Positions 27,166 through 39,100 of a stretch of DNA of 64,000 bases are shown here, one piece after another; the stretch's first letter is position 1; every line of letters begins with the position of its first letter. Source of the stretch: a virus; IMG/VR virus record IMGVR_UViG_3300023184_000070, positions 22,776-86,775 of that record, one strand, 5' to 3'. The translations under genes and the position numbers were made by a program. The notes under the pieces are model-generated. The model had not been told where the DNA came from. It ran no database searches and worked only from the letters and a program-made list of their open reading frames with translations.

Positions 27166-30100
27166 ATGGCCGCTAGCAGAACACTAAATTTTTTACCAGA
27201 AATATTTCAGACTGATACCAATAAAAAGTTTTTATCAGCTACCCTGGATCAATTGATATCTGAGCCGTCGTTCACTAGACTCAATGGTTATATCGGACGA
27301 AACTTTGCACCTGGATATAAATCAACTGACACGTATATTAGTGAGATAGATAGTAGCCGACAAAATTACCAACTTGAGCCTAGTATAGTAATAAAAAATG
27401 CAGCAGGCGAAATTGAACAGTATAGCGGATACTCTGATTTAATTAACAAAATACAATATTACGGTGGCGAAACTACAAATCACGACAGACTATTTTCTTC
27501 CGAATCTTATACCTATGATGGTTTATTTGATTTTGATAAATTTATTAATTACAGCCAGTATTACTGGGTTCCCAATGGGCTCGACCCAGTACCAGTTACA
27601 TCTGCAATTGTTAATAGTCAACAAACTTTTACTATAACAAAAAATACAAATACAAATCTTTTTGATATTGACAGCAACCTTAGCAATCCTCGACTGGTAG
27701 TAGTGCGCGGCGGCCTTTATAAATTTAAAGTAAACCAGCCTGGCTCTAAATTTTGGATACAGACCGAACCCAGTGAAACTGGTACTAGAATTGGACAACC
27801 AAAAATCAGCAGCAGAGATGTATTGGGAGTTAGCAACAACGGAGCAGATGTAGGAGTTGTTGAGTTTAGAGTTCCACTTATTGACGTGCAGGACAATTTC
27901 TTAGCAATGCCATTGTTGAGTTCCGTGGATTACGCAACCACTACCCCAATGAATCAAATAGTTGGACAACGTTTTCAGGATGTAGTTAATACCCTAGGCG
28001 GTATTGATGGTATAACTTTGTCACCTGGAAACAAAACTATAATTTTTATTACAGATGGCATGCCAACTGTTTGGAAAATTCGTATGACCACAGCTGGCGG
28101 ATCAAGTGATATTATTGCACTAGATGTGTTTCAAGCACTGCCGGAGAATCATAAAGTATACGTGAGATCCGGCAATACCTACGCTGGCAAAGAATTTTTT
28201 AATAAATCTGTAATTAATAAACTTACTCAAATTCCTGCACTAACTGCACAACTTAACAGATTATATTATCAAGATGCTACTAATCCTGCTGCTTATGGAA
28301 TTATTGACATTGTCAATGACGCGGTAGATTCGATTGATGTACATGATGAAATTATTGGTAATAGTAAATTTACTAGTCCTAATGGTGTACAATTTACTAA
28401 CGGACTAATGGTAACATTTGACAGTACAGTCACACCATCTAACTATGCAAATAAAACGTATGTTGTTGAAGGTGTAGGTAAAAGTATTTCTTTAGTGGCA
28501 TTTGCTAATTTAGTATGCCCAGAACCTGGAGTATTAACTAGTCAAGTGCCGTTTGACAAAGTACCATATGGTTCTGGGGCATTTGATGAGGTCTATCGTG
28601 GACCAGTTACTCCTGATTATATTTTGTGTAATCGAGCCAGCTTAGATTTAAGTCCATGGGCTAGGCAAAATCGTTGGTTTCACATTGATGTTATTGAGGC
28701 AACTGCTAGATATAATCAAACAGTACCAACATTTGATCAAGCCAGTCGCGCACAGAGACCAATCATTGAGTTTGATGCCAGCATACAATTAATTAATTCT
28801 GGACGAATCGGAAAACCACCTGTTGATATCATTGATACAACATTAACAGATGTATTTGGTATTTCAAATAAACGGACTGTTGATTTTATTAATGTAGGGT
28901 TAACCTACACATTAAATTTTACTCCTGACGCTGGTGACAAAATAACTGTTACTGCCGGCAATATACTAGTTCCAGAATCAGAATATAGCATTGTTGGTAA
29001 CGTGCTTACATTACACTCTGCGCAAATGGGATTTGATATTCGTGTTGAGTCTACCCGGCAATCTAGTGTGCAAAATAGCCGATCGCTAGCAGTAAACGAC
29101 ATTGAATTCAAACAAGGGCAGCGTGTACTATTTGCAGCAGATCATGATCCTTTGGTAAGAACTCAAGCATATACTGTACAATATTCTATACAAAATGATT
29201 CTACTAGATATTCATATTATGACGGAAAAGGTAGTGGCCAAATTACTATTGAACCATTTGATATTAGTTTTGTAAGTGTCAGCAATCCGGCCATAGACGA
29301 CAGTGATCCTGAATTGCCTAATAGGTATGTTTGGGAAGTAATAGGATCAAGTGATATACTAACTGCAACTGAAATTCGGGGACTTGATTACCCTGCAGGC
29401 GCAGCTATAGGAGTTGTAGATTCAGTTGTTAGCACCGGTAATAGACATTACTTAATTTATTTTACAACCAGTTATGAACTAACTGGTTATCAAATATTTG
29501 ATATCCAATTAATTGGCTCCAGTGGCAGTAACTATGTATTTGGTGGCAACACAAAATTTACTACTGATTTAAAAGTTGGTGGGGCTATGTATACCATGGA
29601 TGGTGTTTATATAGGTACTATCGCGCATATTAACACTGATACTAAATTGCGGCTTGAAGAAAAATCTAACGCAATACTCCTTGCACAAGAATACCAATAC
29701 AGGGATCCAAGAATTCAATTGATAGTATCAAAAGATTCAGAAGACACCTATGATGAATTTGATAGTATTGTGGCACTGTCAGGCCCATGGCAAGGCATAT
29801 CACTGTGGTATACTGGTACTGAATGGGTTAGATCACAGCAAAAAACTAAAGTTAATCAGCCACCAAAGTTTGATGTATTTGATTTAAATGATCGATCATT
29901 TTTGTCAAGCACATATACATCAAGTAAATTTGCTGGTACTGAAATTTTTTCTTATAGTGTAGGAACTGGCAACAATGACTCGGTGTTGGGATTCCCGTTA
30001 TCGTATAGAAATTTCAATTCACTAGCAGACATATTGTTTAATAACGATTTTGACAATGATCAATTTACCCATGTGCGCAACGGAAAAATTGTATCTAAAA

Positions 30101-33100
30101 ATGTTAATACTGGATACTTGCGCCAAAATACAAGTAGATTAGACTATACTAAACGAAATGTTTGGAGTACCCGGGACGAGTTAGATAAACAATATCAATC
30201 TATCAGCGCCACTTACACTGGCGATAGTACATACTTTGAAATTGATGTGTTGCCTGCTCCAGCTATCAATGTTCCTAATCTTAAAGTGTTTTTAAACAAT
30301 GTATTACTAAATTCAACCGATTACCAATTAGTAACAGTAGGAGCCAAGAAAGCTATACATGTTACTAAACAAATGTCCATTGGCGATATTGTTAACATTT
30401 TAATTTATAGTTTAGAACCCAGCACCATTGGCTTTTATCAGGTGCCACAAAATTTAGATTATAACAGTAAAAATTTGCCGCTAACAACACTAACACTTGG
30501 GCAACTTAGAAATCATGTTACTGTAGTTGGTCAAAATTCGATTGGAGTATCGGGGGCAGTTCCTGGTAATAGTAATTTAAGAGACATTGATTTAAAAAAT
30601 CATGGCGGCAATATATTGCAATCAGCTGCACCTACTATATACGCCAGTTTGTTTTTAATATCTAAGCAAGCTAATTTTATCAATGGTGTCGACTATGCAC
30701 GAAGAGAATACAGTAAATTTAAAAATAAATTTTTAGAAACTGCGCTAACTCTAAGTGGATTAGATTATAACAACCCATCAACCGCAGTTGATGTTATATT
30801 GCAAACAATTAATCAGGCGAAAAACCCATCGTTTCCCTGGAATTCCAGCGATATGGTGCCATATGGCACATATACTGCAACACGATATACGGTTGTAGAT
30901 CCATTGAACCGCCAATACAAAATAAACTCTATTTTTGATATAACACAATTACAAACTCGTGCTATACTAGTTTATAGCGGCTCCCATCAGCTGGTATATG
31001 GCAAAGACTATTACTTTCCTTTAGATCGTCCGGCGATTATCATTAATGACGCTGTTGATTTGATTGCCGGATCAATAATTGAAATAAGAGAATACAATAC
31101 CGAAGGTAATTATATACCTGAAACTCCTACTAAGCTAGGCCTATATCCTAAATTCTTACCTGCTATATTCAATGATAATACTTACTCAAATCCAATACAA
31201 GTAATACAAGGGCACGACGGTAGCTTAACTCCAATTTTTGGCGACTATAGGGATTTGTTTTTACTAGAATTAGAAACAAGAATTTATAATAATATCAAAA
31301 CCAATTACGGAAAATCTGGATTTGACCTAAGAGATTACATCCCCGGTCGCTTTAGAGAGACTGAATACACTCTAGAAGAATTTGACGCAATCAAAGCTAG
31401 ATCATTTATGAAATGGGCCGGCGCTAATCGTGTTAATTTTAATACTAATACCTATTATAAATCTGGTGACCCTTTCACTTACAATTATAAGTCTAGTACC
31501 GACGTTTTGTTTAATAAGTCGTTACCAGGCTGGTGGCGCGGAATTTATAACTATTTTTATGATACTAATCGCCCACACACACATCCATGGGAAATGTTGG
31601 GATTCACAGAAACTCCGTCGTGGTGGGTCGAAACATACGGTCCTGTGCCATACACAGCTGAAAACCAATCGTTGTGGAAAGACCTTAGTTTGGGTATAAT
31701 TCGTAAAGGTGCCCGCGCAGGCACTTATGCAAAATATGCCCGGGCAGAATTATTGTCAATTATCCCCGTAGACTTACATGGGAATTTATTACCACCACTG
31801 GGATTAATTGCAAAACAATTCAATGGTTCCCGTACAGCCGAAAGTTTTTCAATTGGCGACCAATCACCTGCTGAAAGTGCATGGATGCGCTCTAGTGATT
31901 ATCCGTTTGCATTGCAACAGATAGTAGCAGTCATGAAACCAGCTATGTATTTTGCCATGTTGTTCGACACCACCGTATATCAAAAAAATAATTATTTTAA
32001 CCAGTATCAAATACTTTCTACAGGGCAGCGATTAAATCCTACTGACATAACCATACACAGAGAAATAGTAAACGGATCTCCAGTCAACGCCGCAGGATAT
32101 ATTAATTACATTAGTGATTATTTAATTGGTCAAGGTATTAATGGACCTGCAACTATTAGATCATTGTTATCTAATCTTAATGTGCAACTGTGCTATAAAA
32201 CTGCTGGCTTCACTGATAAAAATTATTTAACAGTATTAGCCGAGCAATACAGCCCTGGTAGTATAAATGAATCAATTATTATACCAGATCAAAATTATCA
32301 AATATATCTGAATAAGAGTGTACCAATTGATCGTGTAACATACAGTGCGGTTATAATTGAAAAAACTGATACTGGATACTCAGTAACTGGATATGATAAC
32401 AACTCACCATTTTTTGTTATCATACCAAGTGATACCAACGGTGAAAGTTATAATATCAGTGTACAAAATATTGGCGCCACTATATATAAAAATTACCAAT
32501 TTGTTAAATTATCTATTCCGTATGGTCATGAATTCACTTCTAGACAGCAAGTAGTAGATTTTTTAGTTAGTTACCAACGCTATTTAAATAGTCAAGGCTT
32601 TATATTTGATGAATACAATCAAGATTTAGCAATGACACAAGATTGGGTTTTAAGTGCCCATGAATTCTTAACCTGGACTTTGCAAGGATGGAATTCTGGC
32701 AGCATGATGATTGTAAGCCCATGCAATAACAAGTTAAATTTAATCAGTTCATATTCTGTTGTTGACGAAATAACAAACGAATATTTAGGCAGCAGAATAC
32801 TTGATCCTAACTTCTCAGTAATTAAAAACGATAATTTATTCATTGTACGTGAAGCTGAAAATTTTGTAATACAAACTACTACTAACCAAACGATTGCGTA
32901 TGCAGAACTTGATTTAGTGCAGCACGAACACATATTAGTTTTTGATAATGTCACTATTTTTAATGATGTTATATACTCTCCTGAATTGGGCAGTAGACAG
33001 TATAGATTAAAATTAGTTGGCGAAAAAACTGCAAACTGGGATGGTTCTTTATACGCACCTGGATTTATATATAATTCTTCTAAAATTGCATTATGGAAAG

Positions 33101-36100
33101 CAAGTACAGATTATCACAAAGGTGATATTGTTGATTACAAAAATACTTACTATACAGCAATACAGGATACAGCAGCAACCGATACTTTTATTTTAAAAGA
33201 TTGGAAAATTATTAATAAAGAAGATGTTAAAACTGGTCTATTGCCAAACTTTGCTACCAATGCTGCAAAATTTAACGATTTATATGATGTCGATAGCAGC
33301 ACCACTAGCGAACAATTGCAAGAATTTGGCGCTGGATTAATTGGATTCAGAAAACGAGATTATCTGACAGATTTAAATCTCAGTGTAACAAGCCAAATTA
33401 AATTTTATCAGGGATTTATTAAAGACAAGGGTACTAAAAATGCAATTAATGCATTAAAAAATTCATTGTTTAATAATTTAAAAAATGATGTTACCTACTA
33501 CGAAGAATGGGGATTCCGAGTAGGCGAGTATGGCGCACAAAATAGCAACCACACAGTCGAACTTCAGCTCGATGAGTCGTGGAAATATACTGGAGATTTA
33601 GGACTAGCTATCATTGACAATGATGCAGAGCCCATTAATGGAATAATTTCTATCCGTGATCAAAATTTATATGCTAGACCTTTGCAAAGAGTCCCTGTAA
33701 ATTTCCTTAATAGAACACCTAATTCTTCAATTGAAGATGATATCCAATCAGCAGGATATGCAATCATTGATGATGTTGATGCTACAATTTTTGATAGTTC
33801 TACTTTTAATACTACTATCACAGATCTCAGTGTAATTACCAGCGGGTTTACAATATGGGTAGCAAAAGGTAACAACAGGGATTGGGATATCTATAGAGTC
33901 AACGAGACTAACAACATAATCACTGATATAGAATATGCATTAGATCTCCGCGGAAGAGTTAAAACTAAAAACCCACATAATTTTAAAGTAGGCGATATAG
34001 TACTCATTAAACAATTTAATGATTTGTTTAATGGATTTCAAGAAATAGTTGAAGTTGACACATTAACTTCTTTTGTAACCGCAACTACAATTGCACAAAA
34101 TTTACTGTTAAAAAATTCACCAATATCTGGAGCTGGAATCTTGTTTGTATTGAGTTCAATAAGATTCAATTCTCCAAAAGAAATTGCCAATGCAACACCG
34201 TTGCATACTTGGAAAGACGGTGATCTAACCTGGGTTGATGCCGATGAACACGGCAATTGGGTAGTTTATGAAAAGAGTTCGCCATGGCAATATGCTACTC
34301 TATTAGATATGCAGACCAGAGAACACATGGCGTACTCGCATTATGGTACCTCAGTTAAAATTAGTCCCGATGGAAAGTTCATCGCAGTTGGCTCTCCGGG
34401 GGATTACAGTGGAGTTGGGGCGCTGCACGTATTTAAAAACGATGCTACAAAAAAAGAAATAGCCGTCCTGCCATTGGCAAAATCTAATATCACTGCATTG
34501 GGGTCAACAGTTGATGCCAGTGACCAACACATAATAGTAGGCGCACCCGATACTAATTTAGATACAGGCAAGGTTGTTGTATATTCTGTAATTGATCCGG
34601 CATATGTACGCCCAGTGCAGATAATAGATAACCCCACTGGATTACCAGCATCAAAGTTTGGATCAAGCATATCAGTAAGTCAGAATGGACAATACCTTTA
34701 TATTGGTAGCCCCGGGGTTGATCGGGTATTTTGCTATAAATTAGTTGACCATACGTTTAATACCACAGCTTTTAAAGCAGTAATTGGTAAATCGTATACA
34801 TTACCGTATACAGTTGGAGCAGCCGAAAGTCTAGCAGTATATTATAAAAATGAATTATTAACCTTAGGTACTGATTACACAGTATCAAATAATTCAGTGG
34901 TTGTTAACTCATCAGTATTTAATATCAACGAGTTTGATATATTCACTGAGCAGGAGGATGGGTTTATAGTTATAACTCGCAGAGCATACTATCAATACCT
35001 AAGTGTTATACTTGGGGCAGAGGCTGGAGTTCTTTTTGGGCACAGCGTAAAAACTGAAAGTACAGGAAAAATTCTAGTAATTGGCGCCCCAAACTCTAGA
35101 GTAAATGGCAAACTATATGCCGGCGCAGCATACGTTTATAAAAACACTAATAATAGTATCAGTTTAGTAGAAAAAATTAAACCAGATGTGTCCACATATC
35201 GTGCAAATTTTGGAACAAGCGTTGAAGTTTCTAATAATGATTGCAACATCTATGTAGGTGCACCTGGCTATAGCTATGATGAATATTCGGGTGGTGCAGT
35301 TTTTAGATTTGTTAATACTGGGCTATTGCACGGCATTGTGGTATCCACACCAATTTCTGGTAATTTGTTATCAGGGAATATTGTTGTCAACGGTAATTTG
35401 ATTAATTTCCCTGGCGGGGTAATCAGCAACCTGGCCTCTGCAATAAATCAAGCTAATATAAAAGGAATAATAGCAACATCATCGCAGAATATACTAACTA
35501 TTAAATCTGCATTAACCACACCATTTAATAAATTAGAAGTATTACCAAACGGTAACTCACTAGATTACTATGGTATATCAGTATATAAATTAACAGAAAA
35601 AATAGTAAAACCATTTAAAGCCACAGGCGATAAATTTGGTAGTAAAGTAAGAACTTCTGCCAATGCTGAAACTTTGTTGATCAGCAGTATTAACGGGTCA
35701 ATTGAATTGTATGCCAACTTGGATAATGCAAAAACCACGTTTGATGGAAAAATTACAAGATTTATTGATTATTTTATGGGCACTGGGGCAGTGTACACAT
35801 ACGATTTTATGCCATCATCAATTAAAGATCTAGATCCCAACGGGCGCTTTAGTATGGCACAAGAATTTGGTACTGCTAATTTACGAGCTGGTGATTTGTT
35901 TGGAGACAGTGTTGATTTTAATTTAAATTCACTGGTAATCGGCGCAACCTTACACGACAATACTTTACCTGCTAAACAAGATGCTGGTCAAGTGTATTGT
36001 TACGAAAACGCAACTGGTAAAATTGGATGGAACAAAATAAAACATCAGTTACCAGCAGTTGATGTTAACGGTATTAATCGTATATTTTTATACGACGCTA

Positions 36101-39100
36101 AAACAAAATCTATGTTAACGTCATTGGACTACATAGATCCTGCAAAGGGTAAAGTGTTAGGGATAGCAGCACAAGATTTAGATTTTAAATCTAGTTACGA
36201 TCCTGCAAGTTACAACTCTGGTACGGCTGTTGACCAAACAAGATCTAACGAATACCACTGGAATGCTGCGCAAGTTGGCGTTACATGGTGGAATTTAAAT
36301 ACTCTTCGTTATATTGATTACGAGCAAGGGGATATCAATTACCGTTTAAAAAATTGGGGTAAATTATTCCCTGGCAGTGATGTAGCAGTATACGAATGGG
36401 TCGCAAGTAACTTACTACCTAGTGAGTATTCAACAGTTGAACAAGGAACTCCGTTGTACGCAGATAACAGTGCATATGTAACTACATATGGACTTGATAT
36501 AAACGGAGTAATCACCAGCACTTATTACTACTGGGTTAAGGGTCGCAGTGATGTTCCGCGCAACGGTAAAAGATTGCTCAGTGCAACTGGAATTGAAAAT
36601 GTTATTGCAAATCCAAAATTACAAAATATACCCTATGCTGAAATATTATCAGATCGCAGCATTGGTTTAGTCAACTGTGAAAAATACATATCAGGAACAA
36701 ATACAATTTTACAAGTTGATTATGACAGCGTGTTAAACACCAACGTTATGCACAACGAATTTGAATTGGTGCAACAAGGAAATGGTAATAGTATTTTACC
36801 TACTAGAATTAGTGATAAGCTAGTCGACAGTTTAAGTGGAGTAGATCGCTTGGGTATGGTTGTGCCTGATCCTAAATTGCGATATTCGCAACAGATAGGA
36901 CTGGGATTACGTCCACGCCAAACACTGGTTCGAAACAGAAATACAGCACTTAAAAATATAGTTGAGTATGCCAATTTAGTATTCTCCGGAACTACCGCGT
37001 CAACTAAAATACAAAGTACACATACTTACACATTGGCCAATTGGTTTGCTAAAGATCCAGAGCCGCCAGAATCTGAATATGACGTCAGAGCAGAAAATAT
37101 TACAGAATTGGGATATGTAAACCAGTTTGACGAAGTTGGTGATATATTGGTTGGTCTGCGAGTACTGGTAGCAGATGATCAAGACTATTACGGACTATGG
37201 ACACTACGAGAGCTTACAGCAGCCGGTGAATATGCAGTAGTTAAAAACCAACAATTTAATACTACGAAACTTTGGGGATTTGACACTTGGTACAGTAGCG
37301 AGTTCACCAGCGGTACTACAATAAACTATATAGTTGAACAATATTCTGATATTGAAAAAATTAATATTGTGGCCGGTGACATAGTAAAAGTATTAAATGG
37401 TCCTAAAAAAGGATTTGAAATTTACAAATTCTCTTCGGCAACCGATAGTGCATTGATTGCATTAGAGTTTGGCACATTAAAAATAAACGACTTAATTTGG
37501 AATACAGACATTAACGGGGTTGGATTTGATAATGCAGTATTTGATGGCAGTTCATTTGATAATGATTATAGTCAAGAAATTAGAAACATCTTAATTGGAT
37601 TGCAAAAAAACATATTAATTGAAGATCTAGCTGATGACTATAATAAGTTAATGTTTGTTGCAGTTGATTACATACTAAGTGAACAGAAAAATATTGATTG
37701 GGCGTTTAAAACCAGCTTCATTGATGTGTTACATCAGATACGCGATCTAGATCAGTTTCCTCTTTATGTTAAAGATAATACTTCGTACTATAAACAATAT
37801 TTAGAAGAAGTTAAACCTTACAGAACAAAGATACGCAATTACCGTGTGGGGTATACTGGCATGGATGTTGCATCTGCATACACATCTGATTTTGATTTGC
37901 CGGGCTATTACGATTCCGATCTAAAACGATTCCGTAGTCCAAGTACTGAATACTTTGCAAAAGACAGCAAATTATTTTTGCTACCAGAATATCAAGATTG
38001 GTATAATAATTATTTGAACAGCATTGCCAGCGTTACAGTTACTAACCGCGGGCAAGGATATACTGAAGCACCAGTAATTACTATCATTGACAGTGCCGGA
38101 TCCGGTACTGGTGTAGTAGCATACGCAACAATTGGAGAAATAGCAGGTACTATTGACAGTATTACTATCGTTAATCCTGGAAAAAATTTCCGTGGCGAAC
38201 CTAAAGTTCTTATCAGTGGAGTTGGTACTGGGGCAACCGCAGTTGCTAGACTATCTAACAATAAAGTTCGCAGTATTAAGACAACACTGAAGTTTGATAG
38301 GGTTGACTATTCTACAGATATAACTGAGTGGTTACCTAACACCAGCTACGCTAGTGGACGCCGTGTGAGTTATGGCGGTCAAGGTTACATGGCAACGGAT
38401 GCAGTCCCTGCAGGCCAATTGTTTAATTTTGCTTTGTTTGAAAAAATAGCAGATACTGATTACAAATCTGCTGTTGACAGAATTGCTTCAAGATACCAAC
38501 CAACCAAACATCAGGTGCCTAGAGAATTTGATCCTGCTACTGGGGTAATAAACTTATCTAGAATAGTTCCGGTCGCTGATTATCGTGTCAATGACAATAC
38601 TGAAATTTATAATGATACGTCGTTGGCCTCTCCAATGAACTATGATGATGCAACAGGTACAAATTTAACAGATATTAATTTATCAGGTGGTACTTTTGTT
38701 GAAGAAAAGATAGCTCGCGCCCCAGAAGAACTAATCCCCGGAACTACACTAGATACACTAGTAATGACTGTTATCACTGATATCAGTGCAAATATTGGAG
38801 CGCCAGGCAATGTTGCTTATCGAATGTTTAAAAGCATCGATGAAAATACCGAATACTACTCAGTGACTGGAAGCAATGTTAGTTTGTTAACTTCGACGTT
38901 GAATAGAACTGATACTACTGCTAATGTTGCAAGTGTATCGTTGGTGTTTGGTGGGGTAACTACTGGATCTGTGTTTATTAACGGCGAAAAAATTATCTAC
39001 CGTGACGTGGATTTTGAGAACAATCGATTGTTACATTTAAGTCGCGGTGTGGGCGGGACTCCAATTCCGGCTACTCACAGCGTTGACAGTAGAGTCGAAT